64,000 nucleotides of DNA, from the NCBI GenBank assembly GCA_963706095.1, contig OY970149.1, forward strand, positions 1,859,398 through 1,923,397. Direction: 5' to 3'. Source of the DNA: an uncultured Chloroflexia bacterium (GTDB lineage Bacteria; Chloroflexota; Limnocylindria; Limnocylindrales; CSP1-4). The notes below the pieces were generated by a model. It was not told the origin of the DNA, searched no databases, and saw only the letters and a program-made list of their open reading frames with translations. The position numbers and the translations under genes were made by a program. Shown here one piece after another: positions 27,371-35,935 of the stretch (positions are counted from its first letter, which is position 1; every line of letters starts with the position of its first letter).

Positions 27371-28660
27371 ATGGCGTTTGCAGCCCCGAACGGCCAATTT
27401 CCTCTCACGGCTGACGAGATCACGGCAGTGCGTCAGCCGGTCGATCACGCACGGCTCTTGCCGCCGCGCGTCTTCCACGACCCGCGCATTTTCACCTATG
27501 AGCAGGATTCGTGGTTTGCCCGCGCGTGGCTGTGCGTGGGCCGGGAGGAGGACGTGGCTCAACCCGGCACTTACCTGCTGGCGACCGTGGCCGGGGAGGG
27601 CGTGATCGTCCTGCGTGATCAGCAGGGCGTCCTGCGCGCCTTCCACAACGTGTGCCGCCACCGCGGCTCGACTCTCCTCGATGCGCCCGACAACGGCGTG
27701 GCCGGCCGGCTGGTGCGACTCCAGTGCCCGTACCACGCGTGGGTCTACGAGCTGGACGGTTCGCTTAAACGGGCGCCACACACCGAGGAATTGGCCGACT
27801 TCGATGCGGCCGACAACGGGCTGCTGCCGGTCCGCCTCGAGACCTGGGCCGGCTTCGTCTTCGTGAACCTTGAGCCGGCCGCGCCGCCGCTGCTCGACTA
27901 CCTGGCCGACCTCCCTGCTGCGACCGCCGCCTATCCGCTGGACGGCGTGCGCCGCGGCCGGCGCATCGAGTACGACGTCGCCGCCAACTGGAAGGTCATC
28001 GGCGAGAACTACTCGGAGTGCTATCACTGCCCCGGCGTCCATCCGCAGCTCAACCGCCTGTCGCCCTACGACCGCGGCCGGAACCTCGAGTCGAACGGCC
28101 CGTGGGCGGGTGGCTGGATGGAGCTGATCGAAGACGCCGAGACGATGTCGGTCGACGGTGCGGCGCACGGCCGCCCGCCGCTGTCGGGCATTGGCCAGGA
28201 GAACACGCGCCGCGTCTACTACTTCGTGCTCTGGCCGAACCTGCTGCTCAGCCTGCATCCGGACTACGTGATGACCCACCAGGTGTGGCCGGTCGACGCT
28301 GAGCGCTCGCGCGTCGTCTGCGAGTGGTTCTTCGATCCCGAGGCGATGGCCGCGTCCGACTTCGACCCCTCCGACGCGGTCGACTTCTGGGATCTGACCA
28401 ACCGCCAGGACTGGGCAGTGTGCGAGCGCCAGCAGCAGGGCACGCGCTCGCGTGCTTACACCGCCGGCCGCTACTCGCTGATGGAGGACATGGTCCACGC
28501 CTTCGACCTGATGGTCGCCGACGGCTACGCCGCCGACGGGGTCCGGACACGCTTCGCACCACGCCACGACAAGTGGTCCTCGCGCACCCGGCCTACACCG
28601 CCGGCGTCTCCTTCTCAACCTCAGCCTCAGCCTCAGCGCGCTCCCTCACTGCCTGGTTAA
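27371..28660 (+). CDS. Rieske non-heme iron oxygenase, alpha subunit
   Basis: Distal part of ORF 26678..28660, starting at ATG 27371. Rieske motif CRHRGSTLL...CPYHAWVY and mononuclear iron region ENYSECYHCPGVHP are present. Confidence 0.85.
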   Translation: MAFAAPNGQFPLTADEITAVRQPVDHARLLPPRVFHDPRIFTYEQDSWFARAWLCVGREEDVAQPGTYLLATVAGEGVIVLRDQQGVLRAFHNVCRHRGSTLLDAPDNGVAGRLVRLQCPYHAWVYELDGSLKRAPHTEELADFDAADNGLLPVRLETWAGFVFVNLEPAAPPLLDYLADLPAATAAYPLDGVRRGRRIEYDVAANWKVIGENYSECYHCPGVHPQLNRLSPYDRGRNLESNGPWAGGWMELIEDAETMSVDGAAHGRPPLSGIGQENTRRVYYFVLWPNLLLSLHPDYVMTHQVWPVDAERSRVVCEWFFDPEAMAASDFDPSDAVDFWDLTNRQDWAVCERQQQGTRSRAYTAGRYSLMEDMVHAFDLMVADGYAADGVRTRFAPRHDKWSSRTRPTPPASPSQPQPQPQRAPSLPG

Positions 28661-29072
28661 CGAGGTCAAAACCGGCACGAGTCCGTGCCAGGCGCAGGCG
28701 CGAATAGAGCGGAACCAGCAGTCCCCTGAACGTCTCGTCCTGGACGAAGCGGACGCGGTCCGGCCCGGTCGCCTCGAGCCTGAAGCCGTGCTCTCCCCGA
28801 AACAGCCGCCCGAACGCAAACGTGGCTTGCCAGCGCAGCTCGTGGGGCGGCTCCCAGCGTGTCACGGTCGGCCGCATGACGATCATCCGGCCGCCCGGCG
28901 GACGCGAGTAGATGGCGATGCGCCGGCCCTCGGCCGGCGTGCCGCGGACACGCCGGATGTGCGGGTTCCACTCCGGGTACGAATCGAAGTCGGTCAGGAC
29001 GCCCCAGACAGTCTCTATCGGCGCGCGGATCTCGATTGCACTCCGAATTGTTCGCGTCGTGCGCAGGTCCAA
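28593..29072 (-). CDS. SRPBCC (START/polyketide cyclase-like) family protein
   Basis: ORF 28593..29255. I place the start at TTG 29072, 8 nt after AAGGAGGA and just after the upstream TAA. IEIRAPIETVWGVLTDFDSYPEWNP is typical of SRPBCC proteins. Confidence 0.7.
   Translation of the reverse strand: MDLRTTRTIRSAIEIRAPIETVWGVLTDFDSYPEWNPHIRRVRGTPAEGRRIAIYSRPPGGRMIVMRPTVTRWEPPHELRWQATFAFGRLFRGEHGFRLEATGPDRVRFVQDETFRGLLVPLYSRLRLARTRAGFDLVNQAVRERAEAEAEVEKETPAV
28615..28644. repeat. Short tandem hexamer (TCAGCC x3 perfect, flanked by imperfect units)
   Basis: Read directly from the sequence. Lies inside the 68-bp overlap of two convergent ORFs. Encodes QPQPQPQ on the + strand and AEAEAE on the - strand. 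Confidence 0.6.
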
Positions 29073-29088
29073 GCCGGGGAGTTCCTCC

Positions 29089-29511
29089 TTAGCGCGGAAA
29101 GCAGACTTCGATGCGATCGCCGTTGATCCGCACCGGGTAGTAGCGCAGCCGGCGAACGCGCGTCTGTGCCCGAGCCTGCGCCTTGGTGTCGGTCGGTTGT
29201 TCCCGCTGCGGCGCGTTCTCCGGCGTCCATGGGGCGTGTGATGCGCCGTCGGCATCCAGGCCGCCGGTCGTCGGAAACTGCGTCACGTCGCCGCTCCGCA
29301 CATCGAAGCGACCACGATGCAGCGGACAGGCCAGCTCGGACCCGTCCAGGGAGCCAACCGAAAAAGGAGCAGCCATGTGCGGGCAGCGATCGTCCGTCGC
29401 GCACAGCCCGGCCGTGGTGTGGACGAGCAGCAGGTCCGTGTCTGTCCTGGTAACGCGCTTCATCGACCCGATCGGCAGCTCGTCGACATGTGCCACGTCG
29501 TCGAACTCCAT
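29089..29511 (-). CDS. Rieske [2Fe-2S] ferredoxin-like protein
   Basis: ORF 29089..29592 (alternative starts at 29553 and 29592). CPHMAAPF...CPLHRGRF is the Rieske ligand pattern. An unusually long segment (about 40 aa) separates it from the C-terminal strand. Confidence 0.7.
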   Translation of the reverse strand: MEFDDVAHVDELPIGSMKRVTRTDTDLLLVHTTAGLCATDDRCPHMAAPFSVGSLDGSELACPLHRGRFDVRSGDVTQFPTTGGLDADGASHAPWTPENAPQREQPTDTKAQARAQTRVRRLRYYPVRINGDRIEVCFPR

Positions 29512-29675
29512 GTGGGCCGTGCCGGGCGCGGTCAATCCGTCTGGGATGGGCATCAGGTGAACGATCACTGAAGGGATGTTATCGAGGGCCAACGGAACTT
29601 AACCGTGGCGAGGCGGCGTCCTCATCGTCGGCACCTCAACCTATGCGCTGTCTCTGGGGGCTCTGGAGGTCGAAG

Positions 29676-30599
29676 ATGAACAGACGTCTCGGTTTCACGC
29701 TCTTGTTCCTTCTCGCGTTGATGAACATTGCCGGCTGCAGCGCGTCAGGTTCTCCGATCCTGTCAGACGTGGGCAACTCCGCCGGAGATCCAACGGCCGG
29801 CGAACCGCCCGCGCAGCCCGGCGGTGAACCAGACACGAACGAACAGCTGGCCGACCAGCAGCTGATCGTCTACACCGGCTCGCTCCAGCTCGAGGTCGAC
29901 GACCTGCGCCCGGCCATGGACCAGGCCGAGCAACAGGTCCGAATCCTGGGCGGCCACGTCGCTTCCTCGAGCGTGGAGAGCGATGACGACAGCCAGTACG
30001 CGACGGTCACGTATCGCGTCCCGGCCGAGCGTTGGAACGAGGCCCTGACTGCGCTGCGCGCGGTGGGCACGCGCGTCCTGAACGAGTCGACCGACTCAGA
30101 GGACGTCACCGCGCAGGTGGTTGACATCGACGCGCGAATCGAGAACCTGCGCGCGACCGAGACGGCGCTGCAGGAGATCATGGATCGCGCCGGAACGATC
30201 CCCAACGTGCTCGAGGTGCAGCGTGAGCTGACATCGGTTCGGAGCGAGATCGAGAGTCTGACCGCGCAGCGCGACCTGCTCGCCAGCCGTGCCGCCCTAG
30301 CCACACTCGAGGTGACGTTCGGCGTGCCGGTCGTCGCGACAACGGTTGCCACCGGCGGCTGGGACCTGGGCAAGGAGATCGACAACGCGGTCGCCGCGCT
30401 GGTGCGCGTTGGACAGGGCCTGACCAGCGTCGCCGTGTGGCTGCTCATCGTCGTGCTGCCGGTCTTGCTGCCCATCGTTGTGCTCGCATACATCGCCATC
30501 CGGCTGCGCCGGCGCTGGATCGCGAACCATCCTCCGGAGCCGCCCCTGGCCCCAGCGACGGCCTCTGTGCCGCCGGGCCCGTGGGCTGGCGAGGGCTGA
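29676..30599 (+). CDS. DUF4349-like lipoprotein
   Basis: Distal part of ORF 29490..30599. ATG 29676 follows GGAGG. Lipobox (MNIAG|C), a coiled-coil central region and a C-terminal TM segment, as in DUF4349 proteins. Confidence 0.65.
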   Translation: MNRRLGFTLLFLLALMNIAGCSASGSPILSDVGNSAGDPTAGEPPAQPGGEPDTNEQLADQQLIVYTGSLQLEVDDLRPAMDQAEQQVRILGGHVASSSVESDDDSQYATVTYRVPAERWNEALTALRAVGTRVLNESTDSEDVTAQVVDIDARIENLRATETALQEIMDRAGTIPNVLEVQRELTSVRSEIESLTAQRDLLASRAALATLEVTFGVPVVATTVATGGWDLGKEIDNAVAALVRVGQGLTSVAVWLLIVVLPVLLPIVVLAYIAIRLRRRWIANHPPEPPLAPATASVPPGPWAGEG

Positions 30600-30648
30600 T
30601 CTCGATCAGGCAGTGCCATTCGTGGCGGCGTGTGACCATTAGCGCGAG

Positions 30649-31611
30649 ATGCGATTTGCGTTGATGAGCGAGCCCCAGCAGGGCATGAGCTACACGGAGA
30701 TCCTGGCGCTGGTCAGGACCGCCGAGGAAGCCGGCTTCGAAAGCTACTTCCGCTCCGACCACTACGCGAGCTTTCCGGGTGAGTCCGGGCTGCCGACGAC
30801 GGATGCGTGGGCGACCCTCGCCGGACTCGCCCGCGAAACCACGCGCATAGCCGTGGGCACGCTCGTCTCACCCGTCACGTTCCGGCCGCCGGGCAACCTG
30901 GCCAAGGTCGTGACGACCGTCGACGGGATGGCCGACGGGCGGGTCGAGCTCGGCCTGGGCGCGGGCTGGAACGAGCAGGAGCATCGCCAGCATGGCCTGC
31001 ACTTTCCCGACTCGCCGCGTGAGAGATACGACATGCTGGAGGAGCAGCTGGCCATCGTGCACGGCCTGTGGACGGAGCCCGATGGCTGGTCCTACGGCGG
31101 CCGGCACTGGCAGGTCGTGGATGCGCGCTTCGCGCCCCGGCCTGCCGAGCGCAATGGCCGCAGGCATCCCAACCTGATCCTGGGCGGCGCGGGTGGCCCG
31201 CGCATGTCGGCGCTCGTCGCGCGCTACGCGGACGAGATGAACATCACATCCGTGCATCCCTCGCGCATCGGCGAGGCATTCGCTCGCGCGGCCGACGCCT
31301 GCCGCAAGATCGATCGTGACCCGGACGAGGTCGTGCGCTCGGCCATGGCCGGTGTGCTGGTCGGCCGCGATGAGGCAGAGGTCCGTGACCGGACGCGGAC
31401 GCTCATGAGGTCGTGGGGCGCGGATGACCGCGACGACGCCGAGCTGTGGCTGAGCGAGCGGCGGCCGCGCTGGATCATCGGCACGCCCGACGAGGCGCGC
31501 GAGCGCGTCGCCCAGTTCGAGGCGGCGGGTACTCAGCGGATGATGCTGCAGACCTTCCTGCCGCGCGACCTCGACATGGTCAGGCTGCTGGGCGAGATCT
31601 TCCTGGGCTGA
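30649..31611 (+). CDS. LLM-class F420-dependent-type oxidoreductase
   Basis: ORF 30649..31611, 320 aa. Motifs ...FRSDHY... and RVELGLGAGWNEQEHRQHGLHFP are present. Confidence 0.8.
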   Translation: MRFALMSEPQQGMSYTEILALVRTAEEAGFESYFRSDHYASFPGESGLPTTDAWATLAGLARETTRIAVGTLVSPVTFRPPGNLAKVVTTVDGMADGRVELGLGAGWNEQEHRQHGLHFPDSPRERYDMLEEQLAIVHGLWTEPDGWSYGGRHWQVVDARFAPRPAERNGRRHPNLILGGAGGPRMSALVARYADEMNITSVHPSRIGEAFARAADACRKIDRDPDEVVRSAMAGVLVGRDEAEVRDRTRTLMRSWGADDRDDAELWLSERRPRWIIGTPDEARERVAQFEAAGTQRMMLQTFLPRDLDMVRLLGEIFLG

Positions 31612-31625
31612 CCGCGCGGGTCCGA

Positions 31626-33332
31626 TCAGTCGGTTGCGGGGACTCCGGCAGTGGGTCGGCGCGCAACCATGCTGCCCTCGTGGACCGAGGTTCGCAGCGG
31701 CATTTCGCGCAGTGCCAGCGTCGCCAGGGCCGCCACGAAGGCCGCCGCGGCGCCGATCCACATCGTGTTGGCGATCGCGAGCGAGAAGGCCTCGTGGACG
31801 CCGGCCACGATCGCCGAGATGAACGGCTGGACCATCGCCGCGACCTGGTCGCCCGCCTCGATCCGGATCGACTCGAGGATGCGCGCACCCATGTCGCCAA
31901 CGGCTGATAGCTGGTCGAGGCTGAAGCCGCCCGAGCCGAGGTTGGTTCCGAGCTGATCAATCATCTGCTGCGGGGCGCCCGCGGCGGTCAACGCACTTGC
32001 CACCTGGGGCGGCGCCTGCGTTTGGAGGGTCGATCCGAAGATGGCGCCGGCGATGGCCAGGCCGATGGTGCCGCCCATCTGGCGGAAAAAGGCCAGGTTG
32101 CTGGTGGCAACGCCGAGCATTTGCCACGGCACAGCGTTCTGGACGATGATCGTGAACACGGCCAGCGTCGGGCCGATGCCCAGTCCCGCGAAGAACTGCC
32201 AGATCCAGACCATCTGCGGCGGCGTGCTGGCATCGAGGTTGGTCATCAGAAGCAGCGCGCCGGTGAGCGTGAACAGCGAGCCAACGGCCAGCCACTTGTA
32301 GCGGCCGGTGCGGCTCACGATCTGGCCGCTCACGATAGAGCCGAGGATGAGGCCGGCCAGCAGGGGTAGGAGCTGGTAGCCCGACTCTGTTGCAGTGCTG
32401 CCGACTACGACCTGGTACCAGCGCGGCAGGAAGATGATTGCCCCGAAGAAGCCGAAGCTGGCCAGGGCACCGGCGAGGATCGAAACGCTGTAGGTGCGAT
32501 TGCGGAAGAGTCCGAGCGGAACGATCGGCTCCTTGGCCCGCGTCTCGATCCACAGGAAGACGAGACCGAGCATCAGTCCGAGCACGATCAGCCCACCGGT
32601 CCACGGATCGGACCAGCCCAGCTGTGGGTTCTGCATGTTCGTCAGGCCGATCAGGATCGGCACGACAGCGGCCGTGAAGATGGCTACGCCGAGATAGTCG
32701 ATGGTGCGCGTCACGCCACTTTCGGTGTGCGCCGGCAGCAGGCGCCAGATGATGTACATGGCGATTGCGCCGAGTGGCAGGTTGACCCAGAACACCCAGT
32801 GCCAGCTGACCTGGTCCGTCAGAAAGCCTCCGAGAGCCGGGCCGATGATCGCCGCGACACCGAACACGGCGCCGAAAAGACCCTGGTATTTGCCCCGCTC
32901 CTTGGGCGAGAACAGGTCGCCGATGACCGCCAGCGAGATCGGAAAGAGCGCGCCGGCGCCCAGTCCCTGAAGACCGCGGAACAGGATGAGCTGAACCATG
33001 TCCTGGGCCAGCCCACACAGGAATGAGCCGAGCAGAAATAGGCCAATGCCGATGAGCAGCAGCAGCTTGCGCCCGAACTGGTCGGACAGCTTGCCGTAGA
33101 TCGGCCCGGTGATGGTCGATGTCAGCAGGTAGATCGTGACCACCCACGTGTACAGCTCGTTGCCCGACAGGTCGGTCACGATCTGGGGCAGTGCTGTGCC
33201 TACGATTGTCTGGTCGAGCGCCGACAGGAACAGGCCGACCAGGACCGCGAAGAGGATGCGGTTACGCGTCCGATTGTCGACCTGGACTGTGTGTTCGTCG
33301 GCGCGCACTTCGGCCGCGGGCATTGCTTCCAT
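31626..33332 (-). CDS. MFS transporter, DHA2 (14-TMS drug:H+ antiporter) type
   Basis: ORF 31626..33413. Start moved to ATG 33332, 1 nt after the MarR stop. LSALDQTIVGTALPQI and a long 14-segment hydrophobic profile. Confidence 0.8.
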   Translation of the reverse strand: MEAMPAAEVRADEHTVQVDNRTRNRILFAVLVGLFLSALDQTIVGTALPQIVTDLSGNELYTWVVTIYLLTSTITGPIYGKLSDQFGRKLLLLIGIGLFLLGSFLCGLAQDMVQLILFRGLQGLGAGALFPISLAVIGDLFSPKERGKYQGLFGAVFGVAAIIGPALGGFLTDQVSWHWVFWVNLPLGAIAMYIIWRLLPAHTESGVTRTIDYLGVAIFTAAVVPILIGLTNMQNPQLGWSDPWTGGLIVLGLMLGLVFLWIETRAKEPIVPLGLFRNRTYSVSILAGALASFGFFGAIIFLPRWYQVVVGSTATESGYQLLPLLAGLILGSIVSGQIVSRTGRYKWLAVGSLFTLTGALLLMTNLDASTPPQMVWIWQFFAGLGIGPTLAVFTIIVQNAVPWQMLGVATSNLAFFRQMGGTIGLAIAGAIFGSTLQTQAPPQVASALTAAGAPQQMIDQLGTNLGSGGFSLDQLSAVGDMGARILESIRIEAGDQVAAMVQPFISAIVAGVHEAFSLAIANTMWIGAAAAFVAALATLALREMPLRTSVHEGSMVARRPTAGVPATD

Positions 33333-33333
33333 G

Positions 33334-33801
33334 TCAGGCGGCCTCGTGGGCGTCGAGCGCCTCGGCGGCGCGGCGCAGGTCGGTAAAGGTTCGCAGGGCG
33401 CGTCCCTGCTCATCGGCCGAGAGGCGCTCGAGCAGCGCCGCCATCTGCGAGCGGCGGATCATGTCGATCTCCTCGACCGTCTGGCGGCCCAGATCAGTCA
33501 TGCGCACGGCGACGATGCGCCGGTCGCCGTCCGCGCCGATGCGCTCAACGAAACCACGCTCGACCATGCGCTCGACGATGCCGGTGACGTTGGGCAGCGA
33601 TACGTCGAGCTGCTCCGCCAGGCCGCCCATCGTCAGGTCGCCGTCGCTCACCAGCAGGAAAAGCACGTGCAGCTGCGTCGAGCTGATCGCTCTCAGGCAC
33701 CCCTGGCGGGCAATTGCCCGGCGCTGTCGAGCGATGATCGGGTTGAGCTGCTCGAGAATCTGGTCCGCGACGGAGAGATCCTTAGTGACGGAAATGTTCA
33801 T
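33334..33801 (-). CDS. MarR-family transcriptional regulator
   Basis: ORF 33334..33801, 155 aa. Winged-HTH region LHVLFLLVSDGDLTMGGLAEQLDVSLPNVTGIVERMVERGFVER. Confidence 0.85.
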   Translation of the reverse strand: MNISVTKDLSVADQILEQLNPIIARQRRAIARQGCLRAISSTQLHVLFLLVSDGDLTMGGLAEQLDVSLPNVTGIVERMVERGFVERIGADGDRRIVAVRMTDLGRQTVEEIDMIRRSQMAALLERLSADEQGRALRTFTDLRRAAEALDAHEAA

Positions 33802-33817
33802 CAGACGCGGAAGGTTA

Positions 33818-33850
33818 GCGTCGCATTAACTATCCCGTCAAACGCGACGC
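33818..33850. promoter_or_regulatory. Inverted repeat GCGTCGC-N19-GCGACGC upstream of the MarR gene (candidate operator)
   Basis: Read directly from the sequence. On the gene strand, the spacer contains TTGACG and an AT-rich TAGTTAAT element. Confidence 0.35.
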
Positions 33851-33851
33851 A

Positions 33852-34241
33852 TCAACGGATTGGTCCCAGGCCTTCTGTCGGCCAGTAGCGAAACCATGGC
33901 CGCCCCAGTACGTCCGCCGCGGCCACCGGGCCGATGCGATCTTCCTCGTGCGCCGGGTGGTCGCTGCCCAGCAGCAGCCTGTTGCCGTCCTCGATCACTC
34001 GCTTGACAACCACTCGACCGCGCTGGCGGGGATCGCGGGCGACGACCAGCTCGCCAAGTCGCGGCGCGCGGCGCTCGTAGGCGCCTGGGTCAACGAGCAG
34101 CCAGTCACCCGCGCGCAGGGTCGGCGCCATGCTGTGGCCGCGCACTGCGACGCGCGCTTCCCAGTCTCGACCGAGCCGGCCGATGACGAGCACTGCGCCA
34201 ACGAAGAACGCCACCCCGAGCATCTGCGCAAGGCGGCGCAC
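33852..34241 (-). CDS. sodX: S26-family signal-peptidase-like protease; Ni-SOD maturation protease
   Basis: ORF 33852..34241, 129 aa. Motifs GHSMAPTL (Ser) and VVKRV (Lys), one N-terminal TM segment, located directly downstream of sodN. Confidence 0.75.
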   Translation of the reverse strand: MRRLAQMLGVAFFVGAVLVIGRLGRDWEARVAVRGHSMAPTLRAGDWLLVDPGAYERRAPRLGELVVARDPRQRGRVVVKRVIEDGNRLLLGSDHPAHEEDRIGPVAAADVLGRPWFRYWPTEGLGPIR

Positions 34242-34268
34242 CTTGGCGGTTCCTGGAGTCGGTGGTCG

Positions 34269-34706
34269 CTAGGCGGAAGGCTGAAGACGCGTGGACTGCG
34301 GGCCGCCCGTCTCGCGCCACATCTGGTCGATGCGGTCGATCAGGTCGAGCAGCTTCTGGGCCTCCGCCACGTCGACCGTGCGCTTGACCTGTGACGCCTG
34401 CTTCGACGCCTTCCAGCACACGTCGTGCAGGTCGGGGAACTTCTCGACGTGCTCGGGCTTGAAGTAGTCGTGCCACATCACGTCGATGTGGTGCTTGGTC
34501 AGCTCGGCGCGCTCTTCCTTGACATGCAGGCAGCGGCCGCGAAAGACCTCGTCATTCGACTCGTGATACTTCTGGATGATCTTGTAGCAGGACTCGGCCT
34601 CGATGCGCGCCTGGGCGGGGTCGTAGACACCGCACGGAATGTCGCAGTGGGCGTGGGCAGTGTTGCGTGGCGCGATTACGCGCAGCACACGATCGATCAC
34701 GTTCAT
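34269..34706 (-). CDS. sodN: Nickel superoxide dismutase precursor
   Basis: ORF 34269..34766. Start at ATG 34706 (MNVIDRVLRVIAPRNTAHA|HCDIPCGVYDP...). The Ni-hook HCDxPCGVYDP follows a short propeptide. Confidence 0.9.
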   Translation of the reverse strand: MNVIDRVLRVIAPRNTAHAHCDIPCGVYDPAQARIEAESCYKIIQKYHESNDEVFRGRCLHVKEERAELTKHHIDVMWHDYFKPEHVEKFPDLHDVCWKASKQASQVKRTVDVAEAQKLLDLIDRIDQMWRETGGPQSTRLQPSA

Positions 34707-34994
34707 TCTCCCTGAGATGTGCTTGCTGATGGGTCGATTCTGCACTACGTGGCCGCACGATCCCATGCCAGGACAGGCTGCGATGTCAAAGTTCCGTTCC
34801 TGTGAGCCAATGCGGCCGTCCCGGGGGCGCGATCAGGCCCGCGCCGAAGGGTTGGGCTATACTACGGCGCGCCTACTACATCACCAATCCCTATAACATT
34901 CATGGGGATTAACGAGTGTGTGACCAGCGAGCGACCACGGGCGCGGGCCGGGTTGTGCGGTCGCCGAGCAATCTTCTCGAATGACAGGACGGGT

Positions 34995-35933
34995 ATGACG
35001 CCGACTCAGACATCTCTCGAGCGTTCGATCCACGGTGGATTGAGCCATCTGGCGGCCCTCGAGGCCGAGTCGATCTTCATCATGCGCGAGGTCGCAGCCG
35101 AGTTCGAGCGGCCGGTCGCTGCTGTTCTCGGGCGGCAAGGACTCCATCGTCCTGCTGCGCCTCGCCGAGAAGGCATTCCGACCGGCGCACTTCCCCTTCC
35201 CGCTCATGCACGTCGACACCGGCCACAACTTCCCCGAGGTCCTCGACTTCCGCGACCGGCGCGTGGCCGAGCTGGGCGAGCGGCTCATCGTCGCCAGCGT
35301 CCAGGAGTCGCATCGACAAGGGTCGCGTCCGCGAGGAGCCGGGCAACCCCTCGCGCAACCGGCTGCAGACCGATGACCCTGCTCGACGCCATCCAGGAGC
35401 ACCAGTTCGATGCCGTGTTCGGTGGCGCCGGCGCGACGAGGAGAAGGCGCGCGCCAAGGAGCGCGTCTTCTCGCTCCGCGACGAGTTCGGGCAGTGGGAG
35501 CCGCGCTCGCAGCGGCCCGAGCTGTGGAGCCTCTACAACGGCCGCATCCGGAAGGGCCAGCACATGCGCGTCTTCCCCATCTCCAACTGGACGGAGATGG
35601 ACGTGTGGCAGTACATCCAGCGGAGGAGCTCGAGGTCCCGTCGATCTACTTCGCCCACGAGCGCGACGTCTTCCGGCGCGACGGCATGTGGCTCTCGACC
35701 GGCCAGTTCCTGCACCCGCGGGACGACGAGCCGATCGAGCAGGATGATCGTGCGCTACCGCACAGTCGGCGACATGACCTGCACCGGCGCGGTCGACTCG
35801 AACGCGCGCGACGCTGGACGAGATCATCATCGAGGTCGCCGCCGCGCGCATCACCGAGCGAGGCGCCACACGCGCCGACGACGCGTTCAGCGAGACCTCC
35901 ATGGAAGACCGCAAGCGCGAGGGTTACTTCTAG
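34995..35933 (+). pseudogene. cysD: Sulfate adenylyltransferase subunit 2 (CysD), reading frame interrupted by 7 single-nt indels
   Basis: CysD-like pieces are split over ORFs 34902..35747, 35564..36133 and 35410..37284. Frame switches at ~35118, 35311, 35372, ~35430, ~35622, 35743 and 35810 restore [50 protein letters not shown] and [10 protein letters not shown]. The indels are net +3, so the 939-nt span is 936 nt when corrected, a multiple of 3. Confidence 0.9.
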
Positions 35934-35935
35934 AA

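Noticed and set aside
34707-34994. A SAM/cobalamin-type riboswitch upstream of cysD, and likewise upstream of the YitJ-like gene (43750-43890).
   Set aside because: I looked for the SAM-I core (..AUC.AGAG.GG..GAGGGA..GGCCC..GCAACC..) and the B12 box and found neither, only generic GC hairpins. A covariance-model scan would be needed to exclude other classes.
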